From a virus (taxonomy: Duplodnaviria; Caudoviricetes): DNA of 64,000 nt. This document shows, piece by piece, positions 27,222 through 37,241 of this stretch (positions within the stretch are counted from its first letter, which is position 1; every line of letters begins with the position of its first letter). The DNA lies in the IMG/VR virus record IMGVR_UViG_3300021295_000003, positions 1-64,000 of that record; one strand, written 5' to 3'. Below the pieces are notes generated by a model. The model was not told where the DNA came from and did no database searches. It was given only the letters and a program-made list of their open reading frames with translations. Position numbers and translations under genes: made by a program.

Positions 27222-27457
27222 CTGAAAAACGATTTTATGTTGCAGAAAGTAAGTCGATTGATGGATATTGTGTATTTGACGGAGAAAAGAAATATGCCTT
27301 TTCTCCAAGACCACGAAAAGCAGATTGCTTAAATGATGCTCATATATTGAATGAGTTAGCAGAAGAAAATCAACAATTGAGAGAACTTCTTGAATATGGA
27401 TTAGAAGTGAGTCAAGTTGAAATTGATGAGGAATTAAGGAGAAGAAAAAGGAGTTAA
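27218..27457 (+). CDS. MTEKRF-family protein 4
   Basis: Shared N-terminus; NELAEENQQLR. Confidence 0.65.
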   Translation: MTEKRFYVAESKSIDGYCVFDGEKKYAFSPRPRKADCLNDAHILNELAEENQQLRELLEYGLEVSQVEIDEELRRRKRS

Positions 27458-27819
27458 TCTAAATGAACGATTTAAGAACAAAATTAGTATTAATCGATTT
27501 TGAAATAGAAAGAGCATTCCTAAAAAAGAAACAATTAGAATACTACCTTGCCGAATTATACGAATTAAGAGAAGATACATTCGTTGATTATGAAAATAGC
27601 GAAAAACATTGTTGTGGAGGTTTCCTTGATGATTAGCGTTGAAATAACTGATGAATATTTATTTTTATTTGTGGAGTTGTTATTAAATGCTTGAATATGG
27701 ATTTACAATAGATAATGAACCTTTAATCTATGTTAATTGCACTTCAAATTCAAAAGAACTGTTAGAACAAGTAGAAAAAGCAATAAACAATGTTTTAAAA
27801 GAGAATTATCCATATTGGA

Positions 27820-28005
27820 ATGATGAAAATGACGGAATATGAAATAGTCTTCATAACCTCTATTAATGCAGAGTCCACAGAAGAACTCAACAAACAAGCA
27901 GAAACCATCGGAGAACTATTCACAAAAGCACTACACAAAAAAGTAGAAGCCATCGGCTACCAAAAAAAGAAAGAAATCGTTGATTATCAACAGAGGTTAA
28001 TATAA
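27820..28005 (+). CDS. Hypothetical protein
   Basis: ORF within the operon. Confidence 0.4.
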   Translation: MMKMTEYEIVFITSINAESTEELNKQAETIGELFTKALHKKVEAIGYQKKKEIVDYQQRLI

Positions 28006-28006
28006 G

Positions 28007-28552
28007 ATGTTAGAAAAAGTAAATACTAAATTTGGAACTGCCAAATTACTTAAAAATGGGTATTATACTATTACCTCTCGAAAAGAAGGAAATAATGGGA
28101 AAAGACTTCATAGATTAATTTATGAAGATTTCCATAAGGTTACTTTGCTCTCTTGGACTGTTATCCATCATATAGATAATAATTCTGCAAATAATTGTAT
28201 TCTTAATTTAAAAGCAATGATTTGGAAAACTCACGCTCAACATCATCATAAAGGGAAACCTTTTTCAGAAGAGCATAAACGGAAAATTGGTGAAGCTCAC
28301 AAAGGTGAGAATAACCATAGGTGGAATATAGATGTTTCAGAGCAAGAGAGGATCAGGAGAAGCCAAAGTACAAATACCACAGGATATTATCACGTATATC
28401 TTAAAAAATGTAAAACGTGTAAACAAGGATTTATTTATATTTATCAATATGCTGAAAAAAGGAAGAAAAAGAGTATTAGTAGCACAGATATTAAAAAATT
28501 AGAGCAGAAGGTTAAATCAAAAGGTTTGACTTGGTTGAAATTAAAGGAGTGA
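28007..28552 (+). CDS. HNH homing-endonuclease-like protein with NUMOD3 motif
   Basis: LHRLI..IHHIDNNSANNCILNL..H; HKGKPFSEEHKRKIGEA. Confidence 0.8.
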   Translation: MLEKVNTKFGTAKLLKNGYYTITSRKEGNNGKRLHRLIYEDFHKVTLLSWTVIHHIDNNSANNCILNLKAMIWKTHAQHHHKGKPFSEEHKRKIGEAHKGENNHRWNIDVSEQERIRRSQSTNTTGYYHVYLKKCKTCKQGFIYIYQYAEKRKKKSISSTDIKKLEQKVKSKGLTWLKLKE

Positions 28553-28682
28553 TTAAAATTATCACAATTTATGGAAAAGAAGCAGTATTATTAGAAAAAG
28601 GGGAACACAAGACATTATCTGTTCTCCAAATCGGTGAAAAAATAATATTCATAAAAGATGAGGAAATACAAGAGGCAATAGA

Positions 28683-28889
28683 ATGAATAAAAAACAAATA
28701 ACAACAGTAGGAGAAGATTATATTAATTTTATAATCATTACTCCCTTGTATACAAGTAGAACATTAAATATGGACGATATTGAGTTCATAAGTGATGGTT
28801 TCCTTAAAATAAAAGGAAAACAAGCAGACCACGATGTATTTTTACAAACAAAAGATATTAAAATCCTACGAGGAGTTGGAAAGAAATGA
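28683..28889 (+). CDS. Hypothetical protein
   Basis: Coupled ORF. Confidence 0.45.
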   Translation: MNKKQITTVGEDYINFIIITPLYTSRTLNMDDIEFISDGFLKIKGKQADHDVFLQTKDIKILRGVGKK

Positions 28890-29086
28890 GCATACAAATA
28901 AACAGATTTGAAGTAATAAGTTTAGACAGAGTAGACAAAAACGTATTAGCAGTAAAAGACCACAAAACCGACGAAACAATAATAACAATCAAAGTAAGCA
29001 ACTATGAAGACAATAAAAAGATTGGCGAAGGCATAATCGAATTATTAGAAGAACTAATACAAAATAAGGACATTAAATATGAATAA
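28886..29086 (+). CDS. Hypothetical protein
   Basis: Coupled ORF. Confidence 0.45.
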   Translation: MSIQINRFEVISLDRVDKNVLAVKDHKTDETIITIKVSNYEDNKKIGEGIIELLEELIQNKDIKYE

Positions 29087-29795
29087 AATCAATACAAAGA
29101 AATATGAAGGAGTAATCACTTCTGTCTTGATTGATGACCGTGAGGGAGTCCGAAAGGATTACGCAATGGAGCAATACGCTCCATTCAATCCTTTAATCAA
29201 TCATTTATACATAGGGGATTATATTTTCGTAGGGGACAATGGAAAAATAGTTGTATTTGAGTACAAGACCGGATCAGACTTCCTGAACAGTATAACACAG
29301 GATAACCATTTACATAACCAAGTTTATAATATGATTACTAATTTTAAGTATACTTTTGTTATTGTTGAAAGTGAGGATTTACGAAGGGAATGTGATGAGT
29401 TATATTATAGTAGTGGCGTGTCTGTGAATATGCAACAAATAAACGGTGCTATTTCAACATTCTGTACTAATTCGACTGTTTTATTCGCTCAAACTACTTA
29501 TCAAGCTTTTGACCTGATGATGAGAATGGCAGGGAAAATAATCATTGACGAACCTATTGCATACAAATATGGAAAAAAGACTACAAATAGTGCTTTAAAT
29601 TATTTGAGCAGTATTAAGGGTTTGGATAGTAAAGCACGTATTATATGTAGAGAATTAGATTTAAGAACCTTGAATGATTTGTTAAATCTACGTAAAGAGG
29701 ATTTAACAACAGTTAAAGGGGTGGGTGACAAATTGGCTGAAAAGATTTTAGCTGAAATAGGAGTTGCCCAAAATGGATTACAAACAAAAGATTAA
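29079..29795 (+). CDS. ERCC4/XPF-family nuclease with HhH (resolvase-like)
   Basis: IDDRE, GDY, EYKT..DF..SI; HhH IKGLD and VKGVGDKLA. Confidence 0.8.
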   Translation: MNKINTKKYEGVITSVLIDDREGVRKDYAMEQYAPFNPLINHLYIGDYIFVGDNGKIVVFEYKTGSDFLNSITQDNHLHNQVYNMITNFKYTFVIVESEDLRRECDELYYSSGVSVNMQQINGAISTFCTNSTVLFAQTTYQAFDLMMRMAGKIIIDEPIAYKYGKKTTNSALNYLSSIKGLDSKARIICRELDLRTLNDLLNLRKEDLTTVKGVGDKLAEKILAEIGVAQNGLQTKD

Positions 29796-30222
29796 AATTC
29801 TTGAAAAAAGGTTCTCGGAAACCAACGTTGATAAAGACGAGTGCCTCTCAAAAGAAACAAGAAAACAAATAAATCGAACCTACTACCAAAATCAACAGAA
29901 AAGGATTGTTGATGGTATATTGAATGATGTAAAAAACAGAAACTCAATCAAAGAAGAAGTTCATAGCATAGTCGAAGACACAAAAATAAAAACATTATGT
30001 CAGAACTGCAAAGAAGAAGTAATAATAGCAACAATCATCGTATACTGCTTAAAACTACGAAACACCAGTTACCAAGTAGAAACCAGTACCATATGGAAAA
30101 AATATGGCTTAACGTGGAAAAAATACGGTTTAATCATCAGCAGATTACTCCAACAAACACGTGAAAAACAAAAAGTCAAAAACAAATACTACGTAGACAA
30201 TGAAGACTTTATCAGATGGTAA
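29773..30222 (+). CDS. Basic hypothetical protein, last gene of the early operon
   Basis: ORF ends just before the convergent hairpins. Confidence 0.55.
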   Translation: MDYKQKIKILEKRFSETNVDKDECLSKETRKQINRTYYQNQQKRIVDGILNDVKNRNSIKEEVHSIVEDTKIKTLCQNCKEEVIIATIIVYCLKLRNTSYQVETSTIWKKYGLTWKKYGLIISRLLQQTREKQKVKNKYYVDNEDFIRW

Positions 30223-30290
30223 AAAAATAAAAAAAAGCCCCAACCTCCCACAATGGGGAAGCTGGGGCTAAAAAAAACTTTTTTTTATTG
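30223..30290. terminator. Bidirectional terminator-like hairpin between the convergent units
   Basis: A-tract, AGCCCCA..TCCCCA-caa-TGGGGA..TGGGGCT, then A and T tracts. Confidence 0.6.
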
Positions 30291-30412
30291 AAAACTAACA
30301 GAGAAAAAAACTATTGATTTAAGAAGAATTAATAGTCTTATGAGTTACAAGCAAAGGGGGTGGGTTTAAACCTTGCTGTAACTCATATTTTATTATCTGT
30401 TTGTTGTAGTTT

Positions 30413-30593
30413 ATTAATATGTTAAGTTTTTAATATCTTGCTTAACTTGCTGGATTTCTTTCATTGTTTGTAGTATTGTTTTCTCGTCTGCTCCTTGCTT
30501 TTTTTGTAATTGTAGTTCACATTCTTTTTGCTTTAATTTCGCTCTTTTAATATTTCGGATACGTGTGCGAGTATAAACATCTTTTGTAGTCAT
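30413..30593 (-). CDS. Small basic helical protein downstream of endolysin B (end approximate)
   Basis: MTTKDVYTRTRIRNIKRAKLKQKE..; GGGAG RBS. Confidence 0.45.
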
Positions 30594-30602
30594 ATTTCTC
30601 CC

Positions 30603-31280
30603 CTATTTTGGTTTGATTGAATAGTAGTGTATGTCCCTTCCATTGGTAGCTTTGTCTAATATTTTTGGACTGCACTTTTTGATACCCTTTGTTGGGTCTG
30701 CTATTTTATAATAACCATTCTTATCGTATCCATATATTAAGATATAATGCCCGTAGTCACCGCTATATCCTAAACAAGTAGCAGGGCGTGTTTGGATATG
30801 GGCGATTACGGGGAAACCTTTGTCTATGCTTTTTTTGACTGCGGAGTAGTTTCTGTTTATTTGTGTGGCTTTGAAGCCGAGTTTTGGAGCGTTAGCGACG
30901 AGGTTGCTTGGGCTTGTTCCGCTGCCGATTACTGTGCCTAACACTTTGGCACATTTAGCTTCGCTTTTATAGTCGAATAACATTTGACTTGCCATACTTA
31001 AAGAAGTGGGACAGCAAGTATACGCATTGTCTTGGTAATCAATTACTAATGGGTTGTTAGCAGTTGAATTATAGGTTGTGTAGTTTGGGTAGCGTCCGTG
31101 TTTGATTATGAACACGTTTTGTGCCTCAAACAATCCCATATATTCTTTTTTTTCGAGTTTGTGGGTTTTCCCATTCATATCTTTCATTGTGACATTTTTT
31201 GGGTATCCTTTTTCTTCTTTAAGTGCTTTGTTGATTGTTTTTGCAGTAGTTTGCATTACTGCTTTACTATATCTTGCCAT
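30603..31280 (-). CDS. Endolysin: PMBR plus peptidase C39 (PeiR-like)
   Basis: HGRYPNYT; QDNAYTCCPTSLSMA..GHY..ADP; colinear paralogue of 12328..13005. Confidence 0.8.
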   Translation of the reverse strand: MARYSKAVMQTTAKTINKALKEEKGYPKNVTMKDMNGKTHKLEKKEYMGLFEAQNVFIIKHGRYPNYTTYNSTANNPLVIDYQDNAYTCCPTSLSMASQMLFDYKSEAKCAKVLGTVIGSGTSPSNLVANAPKLGFKATQINRNYSAVKKSIDKGFPVIAHIQTRPATCLGYSGDYGHYILIYGYDKNGYYKIADPTKGIKKCSPKILDKATNGRDIHYYSIKPK

Positions 31281-31281
31281 A

Positions 31282-31434
31282 TTAGTTCCTCCTTTTTTCT
31301 TTGAACATATAATTGGTTTCGTATTCGTTTATTAGACATCGGTTTTGTGAGAGGTAGTTGCATTTACTGACATCGCCATCGTGCCATTGTCGGTAGCAAC
31401 AGCCATCGCATTGGTTTTGTTTTTCTTTTTTCAT
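31282..31434 (-). CDS. Small Cys-rich protein upstream of endolysin
   Basis: MKKEKQNQCDGCCYRQWHDGDVSKCNYLSQNRCLIN..; homologue of 12033..12164. Confidence 0.6.
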   Translation of the reverse strand: MKKEKQNQCDGCCYRQWHDGDVSKCNYLSQNRCLINEYETNYMFKEKRRN

Positions 31435-31454
31435 AAAAACTTATTCCTTGATTT

Positions 31455-32105
31455 TTAATAATTCCAGTCTATTTGTGCAGCTAAGGTTACATTAGTCTGT
31501 GTTGATGAAGTAAGGTTCGCTACACCAACTCTACCATCATAAAAGATATAAAACAAGTTATTGTTTCCTCTATGACCTTGAATAAACTTCTGTGAATGTG
31601 GTCTGTATTGTGATGGTATCCAACCAGTCATTTCGTAATTGCTTATTCCCGAAGCAATGTTTTTTTGGGTTATATTGTAGACAAGTGTTGCATTGCGATT
31701 GGCTTCATCAACATAAAGAGTATAAGTTACTCCACTCCAATTACTGCCTTCCTTGACTTTTTTCTGACCAGTAACATTTATTTGTGTACTGTATGAGTTT
31801 ACAGAGAACCTACATACTCCCCAAGTGGAGCAAGTATATGAATATGTCACTACACCATTACTGTTTGTTGTCAAGGAAACATTTGTACCATTAGCATTCA
31901 AAGTAAAAGAATGATTAGGGACAGTATTATCTGACTGGTCAGTTACTGTAATGGTTATTGTTACATTAGAGCCTATATTCGGATTATAATCGCTTGAAAT
32001 AATATTATATGAAAAAATAGGGGTAGGAGTACCTCCTTTTAATTCGTAAATATCATCAAACCAACTTCGCAACCAAGAAATTAATCCAATTACATCTTGA
32101 CTCAT
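31455..32105 (-). CDS. Tail fibre/adhesin with Ig-like domain
   Basis: VTDQ..VPN..TTNSNGVVT; C-terminal IPSQYRP fibre-tip motif. Confidence 0.6.
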   Translation of the reverse strand: MSQDVIGLISWLRSWFDDIYELKGGTPTPIFSYNIISSDYNPNIGSNVTITITVTDQSDNTVPNHSFTLNANGTNVSLTTNSNGVVTYSYTCSTWGVCRFSVNSYSTQINVTGQKKVKEGSNWSGVTYTLYVDEANRNATLVYNITQKNIASGISNYEMTGWIPSQYRPHSQKFIQGHRGNNNLFYIFYDGRVGVANLTSSTQTNVTLAAQIDWNY

Positions 32106-33235
32106 TGTTCATCTCCATAATAAAGTCTTATAGCACCAGTAGAGTCATCTGATTTAGGTACAAGTTCAATACTTGTAATACTATCCCCTTTTTGAGATAA
32201 TGTAATATATTTAAAATCAAAATGGAAATAAGGAGAAGAAACCTCTTTCCAATAATATAATCTCCATTCATTGCCATAATTGACAATATACATTTCTTCA
32301 TATCCCCAATCACTTGTACCTTGTGGCAAATCAATATAATCAACATAAAATACTTTTCTTTTTGCTAATTCAACAGTTTCAATATTATCAATTGCTTCTT
32401 CGATTTTTGTATTAATTGTTGTTTGTGTTGAATTTACATATGTTCCAATTGAAGTATGTGCATTTGGGTCTGTTAATTCGTTAGTATTATGAGTATGTGA
32501 GAAATCAGTTATTTGTGATTTTGTATGATTATGTGTTGCATTTGCAAAATCTGATGGTTGTTTGTTACTAAATGGATTATTATCTATATCAGACCAGTCA
32601 ATGCTCAAATCATCAAGAATATCAGAGTCCATTTTATGCCATTCAAAATTATTCCCATCGGTTATGGTATAATAAACATTAATCTTACTATTTTCTGAAA
32701 TAATATATAATCTTCCCATTGTACTGCTACTTGCAGTCGGTAAGGTTGAAACCACTTCAATCGCTTTAATACTACTTAAATTACCAATCGCAGTATCAAT
32801 AGCCAAGTTAATTGTAGTTTGACTATCTCCTAAACTTGTTCCAATATTATTTAACACATTAACCTCATAAACCTCATCAGTCTTATGAGTATGTGTTTTA
32901 TTTGCTTTTTTAGCCAGTTCAGTATTTATTACCTTATTCTGTAAAGGATTAGTGCTTGTACTTGACAATGCACTATCCACAACAGTCTTATTCGCCTCTG
33001 CCTCAATATTCGCCAATTTAGACTTCTCTGCACTTGTATAATCCTCTGTGGACAAACCTTTACCAGTAACCTTATCAACCTTATTATCAACAGTTGATTG
33101 CAAAGCAGATAAATTACTATTAGTTGTCTGCAAATCACTAACATTCGCCTTATTATTCAAAAAACCAGTTACTTCGGTCTTATCATAAAACCAACCCTTC
33201 AACCAAGTTATAATCCCATTTAAATCAACACTCAT
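32102..33235 (-). CDS. Tail fibre protein with HxH repeats
   Basis: KVDKVTGKGLSTEDYT..EKSKL, THTH/HNHT repeats. Confidence 0.7.
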   Translation of the reverse strand: MSVDLNGIITWLKGWFYDKTEVTGFLNNKANVSDLQTTNSNLSALQSTVDNKVDKVTGKGLSTEDYTSAEKSKLANIEAEANKTVVDSALSSTSTNPLQNKVINTELAKKANKTHTHKTDEVYEVNVLNNIGTSLGDSQTTINLAIDTAIGNLSSIKAIEVVSTLPTASSSTMGRLYIISENSKINVYYTITDGNNFEWHKMDSDILDDLSIDWSDIDNNPFSNKQPSDFANATHNHTKSQITDFSHTHNTNELTDPNAHTSIGTYVNSTQTTINTKIEEAIDNIETVELAKRKVFYVDYIDLPQGTSDWGYEEMYIVNYGNEWRLYYWKEVSSPYFHFDFKYITLSQKGDSITSIELVPKSDDSTGAIRLYYGDEQ

Positions 33236-33237
33236 AC

Positions 33238-33621
33238 TTAATCACCATTTATATTAATCTGTTTAACACTTAACAACTTTTCAACAATCGCAGTATTTAT
33301 TCTGATAGTATCATCTTGCCCACTTAACCCAAATTGGAAATCCAAATCCACATCATAATCCTCTGTTAATTCGGATTTCTTCACATAATCAGATAAATCA
33401 ATACCCTCTCCTGTGATAGCGTCAAGGATTTTCTCATCAATTTCTCCACTATCATAATAAATAGAAAGGATTTCGTCGATAGTTTGGAGGTTTCCTGCAC
33501 TATCGACAAATTTGGTATCCTCATTGTATTTCACTACGTTTGCAGTTTTCCCATCGATACGATATAAATCGTGGAATAATTTATCTATGTCTTTACGGTC
33601 TTGGAACTCACCGTTCATCAC
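33238..33621 (-). CDS. Hypothetical tail protein
   Basis: IDLSDYVKKSEL; position. Confidence 0.5.
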   Translation of the reverse strand: MMNGEFQDRKDIDKLFHDLYRIDGKTANVVKYNEDTKFVDSAGNLQTIDEILSIYYDSGEIDEKILDAITGEGIDLSDYVKKSELTEDYDVDLDFQFGLSGQDDTIRINTAIVEKLLSVKQININGD

Positions 33622-33745
33622 TCACCACCTCTAAAATGGTTTTGCAAGAGTCATCGTGCCTTGCTTGACAATTATACCTTATACAATAACCGAAAAACTC
33701 ATCGTGCTTAATATAACTTCTGCATTTTCTACAAAACTTATCCAT
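33608..33745 (-). CDS. Cys-rich microprotein
   Basis: MDKFCRKCRSY..YC..NC..SC; GGAGGA RBS. Confidence 0.5.
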   Translation of the reverse strand: MDKFCRKCRSYIKHDEFFGYCIRYNCQARHDDSCKTILEVVSDER

Positions 33746-33761
33746 AATTGATTTTCCTCCT

Positions 33762-36700
33762 TTATGCGTCCCAAATATAAATATCAGGGTCTTCAATAGG
33801 TGAAGCGGTTCTACCAAAGTAAGTCTTATCGCTTCTTGCTTGTTTACGTAACGCCTCTTGCTCCTTACGAATACGAAGATAAGGTTCTATCTCATCTAAA
33901 CCAATTTCAGTTTGAATTTTAGGTATCTGACTATTCTTATAAGTTATCTTAATACTTTCAACAGTTTTTACATCATTCAACTTCCTATAATTAGAAACCA
34001 CTTGTACCAAATCCCCCAATTCTAATTTAGGAGCATACGGTACAACAATTGTATAAGTATACTGCTGTTCAGGATTATAATCCGCAGTATTCCTTGCATT
34101 GAAATACGCTTCCTTACTACCCGTCTGCTCACTAATAGTCTGTAAAGTAGTCTTCTCACCATAATTCAACATACTACCAATATCCGCAGTATCAACATAC
34201 TTATACTTATTCGCAGTATCCTTAAACACACAAATACTCTTATTCCTTAAAGTAGACACAGGAGTATACGTAATATTCGACCAGTTCAAAATATTATTAT
34301 TGTCCCCTTCCGTTGCCTCAAATTTAATTCTATTATCATTATCAACACGGAAATGGATACGGTCATCGCACCTATGTTGCTCATAAGTCATACTAACCAA
34401 ATACTTTGACTGCTCCACAACAGTACCCAGCATATCAATAACAGTCTTACCACAGCTTTGCAAATCAGTAGGGTTTAACGGTTGTCTATCATCAAAAATA
34501 ATCTGATATAAATTCATTTTACAACTACTATTATCCTTTGTAGACTTATCACTTGTATACCAAGTAGTTTTATCTTCTTCGGTTTTTGTCTTTATTTTCG
34601 GAGCTATGATTTTAATACCTTGCAGGTATATACGCTGATTAGGTTCGTTATCTGCAAACCAGTTTTTCAAGTCTACACTTGTTTGGCGTGTTGCATTGTT
34701 CACCCAAACCGCAGACAATCCACTTACATCATTGTTAGTTCCTGCTTTTTGTGTAAAGTTCAAATTAACAGTCTTGGTTTTTGCTTTAAAGGATTGAGTA
34801 GTGGAATAAATGATTTGAATGTAACCTTGAAGAGGAGCGTCTTTATCGTATCCATAAGTAGATGTTGTAGTGGTGGTATTTGTTGATGTGTTACTTCCTT
34901 TTGTTGTTACATTTGCGATATTTCCTCCTTTATACTCTTTGTAAGGTCTATCTTTCAAGTTCGCTCCTTTGGTGGTGTATAACATATGATTTAAGTTATA
35001 TTTAGCATAAGGAAACCTACTCCACCCATTTTGAGCGTTTTTATAGTATACTTCTTGATGTGTACTGCTTTGACTTGTTGAAAACTCATAAATTCTACAA
35101 GCAACTTTATATTTCTTTAATTCTGTGAAAATCAAATCAGAAAAAGCGTGACAATCCCCTTTACCTGATTTCTTCATTGAAGAGTAAGTAGCACTTGTTC
35201 CTCTTTCGTATTTGTATTTTTTAGCAATCTTTGCAACTGATTTTAATACGTCATCACTACTTACTTTTACTCCGGATTTTGCTACTCCTGACATTTCGCC
35301 ATTATGGAGTTTATTCTGTTCGGCTTTACTTGATTTAACAGGTCTTTTAACATATTTTAAACGTTTACTGTAATGTCCGTCCTTATCCCAACCTGTAACA
35401 GAACAGAAATCGGCACAACAGTTACTACAAGTAATCTCTGTTTCACTTATGTTACCCCATTCACGTTTACTATGCTTGTAATGTCCGCAATGAACACAAT
35501 CTGTGTCTTTACGTCCACTATCCCAAACGAGCTTACCTCCACAATGAGGACACTTGTTCTCAAAGACTGTACGATAAATCTGATGGTAAGGATAAGTGTT
35601 TTTACCTTTCCCAACACTTCTTTGACCAATAGCCATCAAATACTTACCGTCTTGGCTTCTTCCACATTTACCAAACTTCTGACTTCCCGCAGCGTTTTCA
35701 GAATTATCTACTTGTTCAATGGTAGTGTTTTTCTTTTCTGATTTGGTCGCACCTAAACCATAGGTCATATGGAATGTTAAGTGATTTGTAATGTCTATTG
35801 GTTTTTTAACGTGTTTTTCTGCATTGTATAGTTCAAAGACTTGTTTTTTCTTTCCACTTGCATTGTTACGTAGCATTATACTGTTTTTATTAACTTTGCT
35901 TGTACAATTTGTAGTTTTGATTTTTTTAATGTCTTTGTTTTTACCGAATTTAATTGCTTTTGCAGTAGAATACTTTTCCCCTGCTACAAGATAGTTTTTA
36001 CTAATGTTACTGTCTAATGTTACTTCAAATACATCGCAAATGTATTTTAATGCTTGTCCGTAGTTTTGGAAGTTGATTGGATTGTAGTATTCCCATTCTG
36101 TATCGGCAACAGTTCCTTTTAAGATTAAAAGACTATCCAAGATGTATTTATTCTCGCCATCTTGTAAACGGTCAGCACAACTAAATTGCAAAGTTGTACG
36201 GTCATCATCAAGTTTAACAGTAGAAATATAACCTCCAAAACGCCTAACAACTTCACCATTAAGTTTATCATTGACACGGTAATAAACATTGACTTCGTCC
36301 ATATAATCCATATAAAAACCGCTACGGGACAATGGATTGTCGAAAGTTTGGCTATATGAAACGGTGAAAGAAGCTTCACTTGGTTTAACCATATCAGAAT
36401 GGGTCACAGAGCATTCAGTAAGTGACAAGTTTGTCCCTGCACTATCAACATTATCACCTGTGAATAGTTTTATTTTACGTATAATCACGCCGACGAAATA
36501 ACAATTAACAGGAACATCAATAGCAAGTTTATGATTACCCTTTTCACCCATATTCACGTATAGTGTTGTACGTTTTAGGATATTTGGTTCACCATCAAAG
36601 TTTAACCTGTCCCCTGCTAAACGTGGAGTTTTAACAATCTTATTTTTTAATTTGGTTATTAAATCTTTGACTTTTTGAACTTCTGCTTTACTTAATCTTT

Positions 36701-37241
36701 TTGCTTTCTTAACAGCGTCATCATACGCTTTTTTATCGGCTTTTGTTTTTTTAGATTTGTTATAAACCTCTTTTGCTTTTTTAAGTTTCTTTTTATAAGT
36801 TAAGTCTGACGCTTCTTGAACTTCTTTTAATTTTTTATTGTAAGCAGTTAAATCTTTTAATGATTTACTAATTGTTGCAGAGTTCTTATAAGTTACTTTT
36901 GAAGTAGTATGAGTGAGAGTGTATGCTCCCACGTAATCACTACTGTTTTTATTCTCATAGAGAATGTCTATACGATAATCCCCACTTTCAAGACAATTAT
37001 AATCCATCTCCATAGTGAAATGACTTTGTTTATCTTTTGACTCAAAACAAGTTAAGTGTCTATGACTTACTTTTGAATGGTTCTCCCCTTTAAAGTCATA
37101 ATTACCGTTATGATAAGTTTTAGTGAGCTTATGCTCATAACTAAATATTTCTACTCCGCAATATTCGTGTAGAGGTCGAAACACTTCTTCTTTGTGTCCT
37201 GTCCAATCACGATATATATGTTCTGATACCACAAAAATCAC
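33762..37241 (-). CDS. Tail tip/hub protein with Zn-ribbon and transglutaminase-like domain
   Basis: CPHCGG..CVHC..CSNCCADFC; GDCHAFSD..STHQEV. Confidence 0.6.
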   Translation of the reverse strand: MIFVVSEHIYRDWTGHKEEVFRPLHEYCGVEIFSYEHKLTKTYHNGNYDFKGENHSKVSHRHLTCFESKDKQSHFTMEMDYNCLESGDYRIDILYENKNSSDYVGAYTLTHTTSKVTYKNSATISKSLKDLTAYNKKLKEVQEASDLTYKKKLKKAKEVYNKSKKTKADKKAYDDAVKKAKRLSKAEVQKVKDLITKLKNKIVKTPRLAGDRLNFDGEPNILKRTTLYVNMGEKGNHKLAIDVPVNCYFVGVIIRKIKLFTGDNVDSAGTNLSLTECSVTHSDMVKPSEASFTVSYSQTFDNPLSRSGFYMDYMDEVNVYYRVNDKLNGEVVRRFGGYISTVKLDDDRTTLQFSCADRLQDGENKYILDSLLILKGTVADTEWEYYNPINFQNYGQALKYICDVFEVTLDSNISKNYLVAGEKYSTAKAIKFGKNKDIKKIKTTNCTSKVNKNSIMLRNNASGKKKQVFELYNAEKHVKKPIDITNHLTFHMTYGLGATKSEKKNTTIEQVDNSENAAGSQKFGKCGRSQDGKYLMAIGQRSVGKGKNTYPYHQIYRTVFENKCPHCGGKLVWDSGRKDTDCVHCGHYKHSKREWGNISETEITCSNCCADFCSVTGWDKDGHYSKRLKYVKRPVKSSKAEQNKLHNGEMSGVAKSGVKVSSDDVLKSVAKIAKKYKYERGTSATYSSMKKSGKGDCHAFSDLIFTELKKYKVACRIYEFSTSQSSTHQEVYYKNAQNGWSRFPYAKYNLNHMLYTTKGANLKDRPYKEYKGGNIANVTTKGSNTSTNTTTTTSTYGYDKDAPLQGYIQIIYSTTQSFKAKTKTVNLNFTQKAGTNNDVSGLSAVWVNNATRQTSVDLKNWFADNEPNQRIYLQGIKIIAPKIKTKTEEDKTTWYTSDKSTKDNSSCKMNLYQIIFDDRQPLNPTDLQSCGKTVIDMLGTVVEQSKYLVSMTYEQHRCDDRIHFRVDNDNRIKFEATEGDNNNILNWSNITYTPVSTLRNKSICVFKDTANKYKYVDTADIGSMLNYGEKTTLQTISEQTGSKEAYFNARNTADYNPEQQYTYTIVVPYAPKLELGDLVQVVSNYRKLNDVKTVESIKITYKNSQIPKIQTEIGLDEIEPYLRIRKEQEALRKQARSDKTYFGRTASPIEDPDIYIWDA

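Noticed and set aside
25660-27240. CRISPR or mini-array from the 19-bp repeats
   Set aside because: Repeats are gene starts spaced hundreds of bp apart at irregular intervals; no cas genes
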